From Mycobacteriales bacterium (GTDB lineage: Bacteria; Actinomycetota; Actinomycetes; Mycobacteriales; SCTD01), in the NCBI GenBank assembly GCA_046593925.1, contig JBKJQN010000055.1, forward strand, positions 21,183-85,182: a DNA stretch of 64,000 nucleotides, in the 5' to 3' direction. This document shows positions 30,341-39,354 of the stretch, one piece after another (the first letter of the stretch is position 1; every line of letters begins with the position of its first letter). The notes beneath the pieces were generated by a model. The model was not told the DNA's origin and searched no databases. It saw only the letters and a list, made by a program, of their open reading frames with translations. A program made the translations under genes and the position numbers.

Positions 30341-31206
30341 GCGCCGGCCTGGTCGAGCGTGCTGCGGGCCTGCTTGAGCACGGCCTCGTCGACCATCCGC
30401 CCCCGCAGCGAGAAGGCACCGACGGAGCCGTCGACGGCCGCGGCCAGGACCTCGCGGGCAGCCCGGAGCCGAGCCTCGTCCGGCGCGAAGACGGACGAGA
30501 TCACGGGCAGCTGGGACGGGTGGACGGCCCACTTCGCGTCGAAGCCGAGCGCGCGGGCCCGACGGGCTGCGGCCTGCAGACCGTCCGGCTCGTCGAGTAC
30601 GAGGTGCGGCCCGTCGACGGCGCGCACTCCCGCGGCGCGGGCCGCGGCCACGAGCGTGGCTTGATGGGGCAGCCAGACCTCCGGGGCGTCGGTCGTGTCG
30701 TACGGGTCCCACCGCAGCGACGCCGCCAGGTCCGCGTAGCCGAGCACGACGGCCTCCACCCGAGGCGACGTCGACAGCAGCTCGTCCAGCCGGCGCAGCC
30801 CCCGCGCTGTCTCGACGAGCAGCTGGAGCCGCGGCGCGGGTCGGCCGGTCAGCTGCTCGAGACCTGCCAGGAGGCGGTCGAGGAAGGCGACGTCGTCTCG
30901 AGACTCGACCTTGGGCACGACCAGCGAGAACGGCGGGACGGGCGCCAGGACGAGGTCGCGGACGTCGTCGAGCACGTGCCGGCTGCCGACCTCGTTGACC
31001 CGGACGGCGGTCAGCCCCAGCGGGGTCTGGAGCGCCTCGACGACCTGGCGGCGGGCCTGGTCCTTCACCTCCGGCGCGACGGCGTCCTCGAGATCGAGCA
31101 CCAGCTCGTCCGCCCCGAGGGACCCGGCCTTGCCGAGCATCCGAGCGGACGAGCCGGGGACGAAGAGGCCGCAGCGACGCGGTCCGGTGGGGTCCACGGA
31201 GGTCAC
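30337..31206 (-). CDS. CitE/malyl-CoA lyase-family (HpcH/HpaI) CoA-ester lyase
   Basis: LFVPG, LDLEDAVAP, VRVN, VPKVE, LVETARG, GYADL, GFDAKWAVHPSQ. Confidence 0.92.
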   Translation of the reverse strand: MTSVDPTGPRRCGLFVPGSSARMLGKAGSLGADELVLDLEDAVAPEVKDQARRQVVEALQTPLGLTAVRVNEVGSRHVLDDVRDLVLAPVPPFSLVVPKVESRDDVAFLDRLLAGLEQLTGRPAPRLQLLVETARGLRRLDELLSTSPRVEAVVLGYADLAASLRWDPYDTTDAPEVWLPHQATLVAAARAAGVRAVDGPHLVLDEPDGLQAAARRARALGFDAKWAVHPSQLPVISSVFAPDEARLRAAREVLAAAVDGSVGAFSLRGRMVDEAVLKQARSTLDQAGA

Positions 31207-31433
31207 CGGGGCAGGCCGGGCAGCGCGCGCCGGTAGTACAGGTGAACGTCGTGCTCCGAGAGTTCCCTCTCCGCGCCGGCCTCCGCGAGTACCTCCGCGG
31301 CGAGCACCGACCAGCGCCCGGAGAGCGGGGCGACGCTGCGGCCGAACTCAAGCTCGACGGCGGCCGGCGCGCCGGCGTTGCCGCCTGCACCGTCGAGCTC
31401 GTCGTCCACGGAAGGCCAGTGGTCCGTCGTCAT
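31203..31433 (-). pseudogene. Acyl-CoA dehydrogenase remnant (mostly deleted)
   Basis: ELEFGRSVAP and EHDVHLYYRRA resemble the N- and C-terminal ACAD segments; coupled to the lyase start. Confidence 0.5.
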
Positions 31434-31584
31434 GTCGTGGGCTCCGGTCGGTGGGGACCCTGGCTCGGGCCGAGGTCGCAGGAGAGATGCCCTCCGAGCT
31501 CGATCCTCGGGAGGTTGAGCGGCTCGGACGCTGCACACCCTCGGCCCCTCGCTGTGATGTGGACCACCACGGGTCGATCCGTCG

Positions 31585-31760
31585 GGATCGTAGAGGGCTT
31601 CTTCGTACTCGGCTGGTTGGACGTCGTTGCGGTGCCCGTGGAGCCGGATCTCGTTGAACCAGTGCACCCGGCCCCGCGTCGCGAGCTCGAGTTCGAGTTC
31701 GAGTTCGTCGTCCCAGCCGTGGATGTCGAGGCCGTGGACGCACCCGCCTACGCGGATCAA
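31585..31760 (-). mobile_element. IS3-family transposase C-terminal remnant
   Basis: ELATRGRVHWFNEIRLHG..DVQPAEYEEALY. Confidence 0.65.
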
Positions 31761-32164
31761 GTGGTTGAGGGGCTGCCGGAGGCGGCGCCGGCGCCGGCAG
31801 TGCTCGACGTTGCGAGCAACCGCGGTCGGGGAACAGCCGTAGGTCAAGGACTGGGTGGCGGACGCGCCGGGCCGCGGCCTCTCACGCAGGAGACGAAGGC
31901 ACCGAGCACCTGCACGCCAACCGCCAGCGACGCGGGTAGCCATGGTGGCCAGCCGCAGCTGCGGCTTCCGGCGAGGGCGTAGCGCACGGCGCCGGTGCCG
32001 GTCGGTGACAGCTGGCGGTGGCCGTCGATGTCGCCGAGCCGGGGCCACCAGGATCAAGCTGCCGCCAAGGCGTCAAGACGTGAAAGCCTGCCCCCCCCAT
32101 ACGCAAGCCGTCGTGGATACACGAGTTCTCCACACGATGCTTCGGCGGGGGGGCTCCGCAGCTG

Positions 32165-33397
32165 CTACGGGCAGATGGCCGCCGGGGAGGAGTTGTGGGT
32201 GGACCCGACGTCGCGCCGCCAGAGGTTCGCCGTGCCGGCCGTGCCAGACCCGATGGTGGTGTCCGCGCAGTCATGTGACCCGGAGGCGCTGACATCATTG
32301 CGGATTATCACGTTGTTGCTGCCTGCCTCGACGTCGATGCCGGAGTTGGCACTTCCCGACACCGTGTTGCCGGAGATGAAGGCGCTGGTGTTGGCGCCGG
32401 TCAGCCGGATCCCGTTGAAGCGGTTGCTGACCTTGTTGCCCACGACGGTGGTGCCGATGCTGGGGGCACCGGTGAAGTCCGCGATACGGATCCCGGTCGT
32501 GCCGCTCGCGGCTCCGCCTTTGAGGATGTTGTAGGCGACCCGAAGGTTGGTGTTGCCCCCGAAGTCCAGGATCCCGCTGCCGTTGTCATGGCCAGACGTC
32601 ACGCTCACGGTGTTGCCGTCGATGAGGGCGTTGTCGCTGTTGGTCGCGACGACGAAGGTCGAATCGTTGGTGCTGCTGTTGTCCAGCACAACCAGCCCTT
32701 GTGAGTGGCTGGGGCTGCCCGCGAAGTTGATGGCTGTCTCGCGGTGGCCGGTGAAGCGGTTGTGGTCGATCGAGGTATTGTTGGTGGGACCGTTGCTGAT
32801 GAACACCCCGGTGCCGCCTTCGGCGGTGGTTCCCAGGCTGTTGTTGATGAAGGCGTTGCGGGAGATCCGGGCCGGGTGCGCGCCGTCGGGATTCTGCATG
32901 TTGATCCCGAGCTGGTTGTCACGGATGACGTTGTTCAGGACGGTCAGGCCGCTGCTGCCTTGGAACGCCTCGATCGCGTCGGCGCCGGCGGCGTCGCTAC
33001 CCGCTCCCCGAAGAGTGAAGCCATCGATCGTCACGTCGTTAACGCCGGCGGCGATGACGAAGTCGCCCGCGGCCGAGACCACGACGGACTCCTGCGCCAG
33101 CTGCCCCCGTCCGGTACGCCCATCCACGCCGACCTTCGCCCCGGTGAAGGTCAGCGACTTGTCGACCCGCACCGTCTCCGGATAGATCCCGGCGCAGACC
33201 TGCACCGTGTCACCGGGGGCTGCAGCGGCGACCGCTGCTCCGATCGTGCCGAACGCCGCTCCCGGACATTGACCGTTGTCGTCGACGACGAGGGTGCTGC
33301 CCGCGAACGCCGGGGCTGGGACCATGGCGATGGCGATGGCCGCGCACCCGATCGCGGCCATTGCTCCCTGCACGGCCCGGGTATATAGATTCTTCAC
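32165..33397 (-). CDS. Secreted right-handed parallel beta-helix (pectin lyase/NosD-like) protein
   Basis: Signal peptide ending PAFA; TIGAAVAAAAPGDTVQVCAGIYPE; Asn/Ile/Gly-rich beta-helix repeats. Confidence 0.85.
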   Translation of the reverse strand: MKNLYTRAVQGAMAAIGCAAIAIAMVPAPAFAGSTLVVDDNGQCPGAAFGTIGAAVAAAAPGDTVQVCAGIYPETVRVDKSLTFTGAKVGVDGRTGRGQLAQESVVVSAAGDFVIAAGVNDVTIDGFTLRGAGSDAAGADAIEAFQGSSGLTVLNNVIRDNQLGINMQNPDGAHPARISRNAFINNSLGTTAEGGTGVFISNGPTNNTSIDHNRFTGHRETAINFAGSPSHSQGLVVLDNSSTNDSTFVVATNSDNALIDGNTVSVTSGHDNGSGILDFGGNTNLRVAYNILKGGAASGTTGIRIADFTGAPSIGTTVVGNKVSNRFNGIRLTGANTSAFISGNTVSGSANSGIDVEAGSNNVIIRNDVSASGSHDCADTTIGSGTAGTANLWRRDVGSTHNSSPAAICP

Positions 33398-33689
33398 GAA
33401 TTACTCCTATTGCTACTCGACGTGGCCGGCAGCGCCGACGTCGCCGACTTTCTGAGCATATGGGCGTAAAAACAAGGGCCAAAGGTCCCTACTTCCCTAG
33501 GTAATCAAATGAACACTCCCCGTACGCACGGACCGCCGGAAGGCTCCCGCTCGTGTTGTCGGCACGTGGGCGCCACCGGGCGCGCCCGTGTCATTGCGCC
33601 GTGGCCTGTGACCGGGTGACTTTTGCCGCCCGTACGCCTCGCTGCTGGCCATCGGCGAGCGTGGCCCACCGTCAGGTCCAGGCGGGCTG

Positions 33690-33867
33690 TCATGGCCGAG
33701 CACTACCGAGGGGTCGCGCAGTTCTGGACCCCGGACCGCAAGAGCTACCCGGGCCTGGGCACGTCGACAACCCGGGGCTCAAAGCGCGCTACGACGCCAA
33801 GGCCGCCGGACTGGCCGAGTACCTGCGTGACGCCACCGCGGGCTACGCCGACCAGCACCTGAGCTGA
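33690..33867 (+). pseudogene. TipAS-domain (MerR/TipA) C-terminal fragment
   Basis: HYRGVAQFWTPDRKSYPGLG and VDNP...RYDAKAAGLAEYLRDA in two frames. Confidence 0.65.
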
Positions 33868-34218
33868 CAGGCGCCGTCCGCAAGGACGAGGACGGGAGCA
33901 CGACAGCCGGTTTCAGGGGCCGAACCCGACTCCTCCCCTGCCGACGGGCTCGGGTGCGACCCACGCCACGTACAAGTGATCAATCGCTAACGTCGACGAG
34001 TGAACCCGGCCACCTGCACCTTCTACTCGACGTCGCTGCCCGGCCGGGAGCGGCGCGAGAGCGACCAGCGCGGTCCCTTCGTCCCCTGTCTCTGGTGCGA
34101 CCGCCGCTTCGTCATCGGCAGGAGGGGACCAGAGGAAGTTCCGGCAGAGCCGGACCGCCCCGCTCGACGATCGTCGAGCGGCACCGGCAAGTTACCGACC
34201 AGCGATAGCTTGTCGATC

Positions 34219-34650
34219 ATGAGCACGTGGTGTCTGGGTGCTCCAGGGGTCTTGTCCCCGCCCTCCGGGCGACTCGTGCGCGGCCGCGGGCTGCGCCGAC
34301 CGGAATTGGACGGGGCCCTGCCCGAGTTCGGGGTGTACCTGCTCAACAAGCGACCAAAGCCCCTGCCGTGGGAAGTCCGGTGGGTGCGCTGGCCGGACTT
34401 ACGGCTGCCCACGGACCGCCAGGACGCTCAACTGGCGCTGCGCGAGGCGTGGCACCGCGCTACGAACGAGCGGGTGGAGCTGGCGTGCGGCGGGGGCCGT
34501 GGCAGGACCGGCACCGCGCTGGCTTGCCTGGCGGTGCTGGATGGCGTGCCGGCTGCCGAGGCGGTCACCTATGTACGCGAGCACTACGACCTGCGGGCGG
34601 TTGAGACGCCCTGCCAGCGCCGCTACGTCGCCCGCTTCATTGCGTCGTAG
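34219..34650 (+). CDS. Protein-tyrosine/dual-specificity phosphatase family protein
   Basis: WPD loop (VRWPDLRLP), CX5R motif CGGGRGRTG, AVETP.Q. Confidence 0.88.
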   Translation: MSTWCLGAPGVLSPPSGRLVRGRGLRRPELDGALPEFGVYLLNKRPKPLPWEVRWVRWPDLRLPTDRQDAQLALREAWHRATNERVELACGGGRGRTGTALACLAVLDGVPAAEAVTYVREHYDLRAVETPCQRRYVARFIAS

Positions 34651-34873
34651 GCGGCGTACCGGTAGCCGATCGACGAACGGAACCCCGTCGCCAAGGTCGC
34701 GTGCTGGTTGAGGGAGGCGGGTCGGTGGAGCGGCCGTGTTCCGCTGACGACCAGAGACGGGTTCGAGCGCAGTCAGGACTCGCTCCGAGCGACGTGGCGA
34801 GCGCCCGCACCGGGTAGACGCGGGCTTGGGATGCTGGTCGGGGCGGGTTCAGGGCGGGTTCAGGGCGCGGTCG

Positions 34874-34904
34874 TGTCCTTCTGGGCTCCTCCCGTTCGTG
34901 TAGC
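34874..34904 (+). promoter_or_regulatory. Possible ECF sigma promoter (TGTC...CGTTCGTG) for yciI-sigma
   Basis: TGTC and CGT(T/C)-type elements about 40-70 nt upstream of the YciI start; degenerate. Confidence 0.3.
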
Positions 34905-34942
34905 AGTGACCGGCACCCGCCGGCGAAGGACAGGAGGACGGA

Positions 34943-35317
34943 ATGACGCAGTACGCGGTGCTTATCTACGAGCCGGGGGACCCCGACTGGAGTGCGCTGG
35001 ACACCGAGGAGAAGCGGCAGACCATGGCGGAGTACGGCGCCTTCAGCCAGACCGTCGCGGCGGTGCTGCGCGGGGGTGCGGCGCTGTATCCGACGACGAC
35101 TGCGACGACGGTGCGGCAGGAGCGCGGCGAGGTCGTGACGAGCGACGGGCCGTATGCCGAGACCAAGGAGGTCCTGACCGGCTTCTACCTGCTCGAGTGC
35201 GCCGACCTGGACGAGGCGGTGCAGCACGCGAGCCGTCTTCCAGCGGCTCGCACCGGCTCCGTCGAGGTCCGGCCGGTGATCGACTTCGGTGCCGATGCCG
35301 GTGCCGGTGCCGGCTGA
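34943..35317 (+). CDS. YciI/DGPF-family protein
   Basis: ATTVR...SDGPYAETKEVLTGFYLLEC...GSVEVRP. Confidence 0.92.
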   Translation: MTQYAVLIYEPGDPDWSALDTEEKRQTMAEYGAFSQTVAAVLRGGAALYPTTTATTVRQERGEVVTSDGPYAETKEVLTGFYLLECADLDEAVQHASRLPAARTGSVEVRPVIDFGADAGAGAG

Positions 35318-36542
35318 CGCCGCCCAGAGCCCCGCGGCCCTCGTTGCCCTGCTCCGCGACGAGGGCCCGGGCGTCCTGGCCACGCTCGGCCGGCAGCTCG
35401 GCTCGCTGCCGTTGGCGGAGGACGCGCTGCAGGACGCGGCGGTACGCGCTCTGGAGGTGTGGCCGCGTGAGGGTGTGCCGGCCTCACCCCGGGCCTGGCT
35501 GCTGCTTACCGCTCGGCGGCGGGCACTTGACGTGCTGCGCCGCGAGGCGAGACGCGCGGACAAGGAGGTGGCGTCGGTGAAGCTGCTCCCGGCCCCCGAG
35601 GAGGCGGACGGCCCCGTCGAGGACGACCTGCTTCGGCTGCTGTTCACCTGCTGCCACCCGGCGCTGGACCGTTCGGCACAGGTCGCGCTCGCGCTGAAGT
35701 GGCTGTGCGGGCTGTCGACCGGCCAGGTCGGGCGGCTGTTGCTCGTGCCGGAGGCAGCGATGGCGCGACGGCTGTCCCGCGCCCGGCAGAAGATCACCGC
35801 GGCCCGCATCCCGTACCGCGTACCGGCGGCCGAGCAGCTGCCGGACCGAGTGGCGGGGGTGCTGACGACGGTGCATCTGCTGTTCACCGAGGGCTATAGC
35901 GCGACCGGACCGGGCCAGGCGCTGCACGGCGAGCGGGCGGGCGAGGCGCTGCGGCTCGCCCGGCTGCTGCGCAGGCTGCTCCCTGACCACGCCGGGATCT
36001 GCGGGCTGCTGGCGCTCGTGCTCCTGCACAGCGCGAGAGGGCCCGCGCGAATCGGCCCGGACGGCGGGCTGGTGCTGTTGCGCGACCAGGACCGCGCGCT
36101 GTGGTCCCGCCCCATGATCGAGGAGGGCGTTGCGCTGCTCGGCGAGGGGCTGGCACGCACCCCCCGGCGGCCCGACCGGTACGTCGTGCAGGCTGCGATC
36201 GCGGCCTGCCACTGCCTCGCTCCGAGCTGGCAGGCTACGGACTGGTCGGCGGTCGTCAGCTGGTACGACGTGCTCACCGCCCTCGACCCCTCCCCCGTCG
36301 TGCAGCTCAACCGCGCTGTCGCAGTCGCGGAGCACGACGGCCCGTCCGCAGGGTTGGCGGCACTGGACGGGCTCGCTCTGCCCGGCTACGCGCTGCTGCC
36401 CGCCGCCCGCGCCGAGCTGCTCGCCCGACTGGGCCGGGCGACCGAGGCGGCCGCCGCGCTGCGGGAGTCGCTGGCGCTGCCGGTCAACGACGCGCAACGG
36501 CGGCTGCTCGGTGAGCGGCTCGCGGAGCTCGGTGACCCCTGA
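35289..36542 (+). CDS. ECF42-like RNA polymerase sigma factor with C-terminal TPR extension
   Basis: AEDALQDA, W..EGVP, DDLLRLLFTCCHPAL, LFTEGY, QDRALW, QAAIAACH, VVQLNRAVA; paired with YciI. Confidence 0.9.
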   Translation: MPMPVPVPADAAQSPAALVALLRDEGPGVLATLGRQLGSLPLAEDALQDAAVRALEVWPREGVPASPRAWLLLTARRRALDVLRREARRADKEVASVKLLPAPEEADGPVEDDLLRLLFTCCHPALDRSAQVALALKWLCGLSTGQVGRLLLVPEAAMARRLSRARQKITAARIPYRVPAAEQLPDRVAGVLTTVHLLFTEGYSATGPGQALHGERAGEALRLARLLRRLLPDHAGICGLLALVLLHSARGPARIGPDGGLVLLRDQDRALWSRPMIEEGVALLGEGLARTPRRPDRYVVQAAIAACHCLAPSWQATDWSAVVSWYDVLTALDPSPVVQLNRAVAVAEHDGPSAGLAALDGLALPGYALLPAARAELLARLGRATEAAAALRESLALPVNDAQRRLLGERLAELGDP

Positions 36543-36599
36543 CCGTCGCCCCGCGGCCGCTGGCCGCCCGGGCATCCGGCCAGCCACCGCAGACCTCCA

Positions 36600-36927
36600 A
36601 CGGCCCAACAGCGGCTCGACGCGCTGCCCGGTCGCCGAGGCACGGGCAGGCTGGCGCACGGCGGCGGCTGCTGTCGGTGCGCCAGTGCACGTGTTCGAGG
36701 TCGTGCTCAACGACCTCGGTGGGCACCGGCGGCGGGTTGAGCAGCGGCGCAGCGATCTTGAGGGCCTCGTGGTGCCGACCTGGGACCAGGTGCGTGCTCG
36801 CGACAACCAGCCCTGGGACGCCGAGCGCGACGGCGACCGGACCGTCATCGACGGTAGCGACACCCAGGCCGCCCTCGCGGCCATCCGCGTGCGACTCGGG
36901 CAGCCACCGCCCGCGGCGGACCGGTAG
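36600..36927 (+). pseudogene. AAA/kinase-family protein C-terminal fragment
   Basis: HRRRVEQRRSDLEGLVVPTWDQV..R...PW; no P-loop N-terminus. Confidence 0.55.
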
Positions 36928-36984
36928 CCGATGACCTGTCGGGTCCTGCCCTGCCGTGTCGGTGCCGCCGTGCAGAGCCCGGGC

Positions 36985-37105
36985 ATGGCTGGCGTTGCGT
37001 TGTTCCCCTCGTTCCTTGACGGGCGCCCGGGCGTCAGCGAGGCTGCCGGTCGCCTCCGCGCCGATGACCATGATGTGGTGGTCGTGGATCAGTACGGCGG
37101 CTGGT
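36985..37105 (+). pseudogene. Dienelactone hydrolase N-terminal fragment
   Basis: MAGVALFPSFLDGRPGVSEAAGRLRADDHDVVVVDQYGG. Confidence 0.5.
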
Positions 37106-37221
37106 CTTCGACGAGGCCGGCGAGTCGGCGCAAGCGGTAGTTGCCCGACCCTGATGGGACTGGCCGGCGGAGGGCCTTCCCCGCCGCGGGATTGCCCAAC
37201 GGCGGCAGCGGCGCACCTAGG

Positions 37222-37824
37222 GTGCACGGCGTGACCGAGGCCCTGCTGTCCGCGTACGGGCCGGCTTGGGAGCTGGCGACCCGGCATCCGTTCCTCGACG
37301 CCGTCCGCGCGGGCACGGTGGCCGCCGCCGCCTTTGACACCTGGCTGGCGCAGGACGCGCTGTTCGTGGCCGACCTGCTGGCCTTCCAGGCCCGGCTGCT
37401 GGCCCGGGCGCCGCGCGGCGCCCAGCGCGTGCTGGCCGGCGGTCTGGTCGCGTTGGTCGAGGAGCTGGAGTGGTTCGAGGGGCAGGCGGGCAGCCGGGGG
37501 CTGCGGCTGGCCGTTCCGCCACTGCCGGCCACCCGGGCGTACGCGGACCTGCTGCGCCGGCTTGACCGGGCCTCCTACCCCGCCGCGGTCACGGCGCTGT
37601 GGGTGATCGAACGGGTCTACCTGCTGGCCTGGCGGCACGCCTCGCCGGCCGCGCCCGGCTATGCCCGGTACGTCGAGCGCTGGACCTCGCCGGGCTTCGC
37701 CGCCTACGTCGAGGCGCTCGGGCGCCTGGCCGCCGACGCGGGAGCGCCCGACGACGCGGTCCAGGAGGTGCTGGCGCTGGAGACGGCGTTCTGGACCGAG
37801 GCCCTGGCCGGTGGGCGCGGGTGA
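37222..37824 (+). CDS. TenA-family protein (TenA_E-like, no catalytic Cys)
   Basis: ATRHPFL, WLAQDALF, LWVIERVYL.AW, RWTSPGF, LETAFW. Confidence 0.85.
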   Translation: MHGVTEALLSAYGPAWELATRHPFLDAVRAGTVAAAAFDTWLAQDALFVADLLAFQARLLARAPRGAQRVLAGGLVALVEELEWFEGQAGSRGLRLAVPPLPATRAYADLLRRLDRASYPAAVTALWVIERVYLLAWRHASPAAPGYARYVERWTSPGFAAYVEALGRLAADAGAPDDAVQEVLALETAFWTEALAGGRG

Positions 37825-38477
37825 GGCTGTCCCAGCAGCTCTGGGTGGCCAACGTCGAACTGGCCGAGGCGGCGCTCGGAGGTCGCTTCGTCCGCGGTGT
37901 CGCCGACGGCACCCTGCCACGCGAGGTGTTCGCGGGCTACGTCGCGCAGGACGCGCACTTCCTGCGGTCTTTCGCCCGGGCGTACGCGCTGTGCCTGGCG
38001 GGCAGCCCCGACGAGCCGACCCTGCTCGCCTTCGCCGACCTGATCACCGGCGTCCGCGAGGAGCTCGAGCTGCACGCCGCGTACGCCGCGCACTGGGGCG
38101 TCGACCCGCACGGCACCCCGCCCGCGCCGGCGACGCTCGCCTACACCGACTTCCTGCTCGCGACCGCAGCCACGGCCGGTCTGGGCGTGACGTGTGCGGC
38201 TATGACCCCGTGCATGCGCCTGTACGCCCACCTCGGGCAGGTGGTCGCCGCCGCGCGGGCACCGGCCGGCCCGTACGCCGAGTGGGTGCGGACCTACGCC
38301 GACCCGGCCTTTGGGGCGCTCGCGGACCGGCTCGAAAGCCTGCTGGACCTGCACGGGCAGCCCGGGCCGCAGGTGCAGTCGGCCTACCGGCGGGCGATGC
38401 AGCTCGAGGTCGGCTTCTTCGAGGCGGCGTTCGTCGGGTGTGCATCCGCTGGTACTGCCGGCGAGGCGCCAGCATGA
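37821..38477 (+). CDS. tenA: TenA-family thiaminase II/aminopyrimidine aminohydrolase (Cys type)
   Basis: DGTLP, YVAQDAHFL, MTPCMRLY, PYAEWVRTY, AMQLEVGFF; GTGA overlap. Confidence 0.88.
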   Translation: MRLSQQLWVANVELAEAALGGRFVRGVADGTLPREVFAGYVAQDAHFLRSFARAYALCLAGSPDEPTLLAFADLITGVREELELHAAYAAHWGVDPHGTPPAPATLAYTDFLLATAATAGLGVTCAAMTPCMRLYAHLGQVVAAARAPAGPYAEWVRTYADPAFGALADRLESLLDLHGQPGPQVQSAYRRAMQLEVGFFEAAFVGCASAGTAGEAPA

Positions 38478-38663
38478 CCGGCCCATGACCGGGGCGGGCA
38501 TGACCGGCCAGGGGGCCGGGCCGGGGGCGCAGCGTGACCGGCGGCTCCGCCCCCACTCGGGCCGACACCCCACCGACCACAACCTCGGCGCACCGGCTTG
38601 ACCGGCGAGGCGTCGTCCCGGTGAACGATCGACACGCGGTCGGGGCTGAGGCAGCGTGCCGCG

Positions 38664-39146
38664 GTGGCTGTCCGCGTCCGTCCCGCTGGTCCGGCTGACG
38701 CCGACTTCCTCGCTGAGATGCTGGTCGCGGCGGCCCGCTGGCGGTTGGCCGGGCCGCTCGGGGACGTCCAGTCGGTCCTGGCACGACCGGGGCTGGCGCA
38801 CTACGTCTCAGGGTGGCCCGGCCCGGGCGACCTGGGGGTGGTCGCCGAAGACGGGCCACCGGTCGGCGCGGCACGGCTGCGCCGCCTGCCCGAGCACGAC
38901 CGTGGGTATGGCTTCGTCGACGCGGAGACGCCGGAGCTGTCGATCGGCGTGGTGCCGACGTATCGGTGCCGGGGCATCGGTTCCCGCTTGCTCAAGGCAG
39001 TCGTCGCGGCGGCACGTACCTGGCGCCACGAGAGGCTGGGCTTGAGCGTCGAGCCGGACAACCCGGCCCGGCGCCTGTACGAGCGTTGCGGCTTCCAGGT
39101 CGTCGGCATGGTCGACGGCTCGCTCACCATGCTGTTGTCCCCCTGA
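38664..39146 (+). CDS. GNAT-family N-acetyltransferase
   Basis: GYGFVDAETPELSIGV...RCRGIGSRLL...LSVEPDNPARRLYERCGF. Confidence 0.9.
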   Translation: MAVRVRPAGPADADFLAEMLVAAARWRLAGPLGDVQSVLARPGLAHYVSGWPGPGDLGVVAEDGPPVGAARLRRLPEHDRGYGFVDAETPELSIGVVPTYRCRGIGSRLLKAVVAAARTWRHERLGLSVEPDNPARRLYERCGFQVVGMVDGSLTMLLSP

Positions 39147-39354
39147 TGCAGGGTGTTCCTCGTTCTCGCAGTGGTCCTTGTCGTGCTGAGCATCATCGGC
39201 TTCACCGGGGCGCCCGTCGGTCGGACGGCCCGCGCTTAGGGTGGCGCTTTGGGTAATCTTGGGCCTGAGGTCCGGATTGCCCTGCTGTGGCTTGACGCCG
39301 ACGGCCGTCGGGACGAAGGTGCGCAGACTTCACAAACATCTGCAAGGAGGCCGC

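Noticed and set aside
34943-36542. YciI plus long sigma factor as an unusual system
   Set aside because: Matches the described ECF42/DGPF arrangement.
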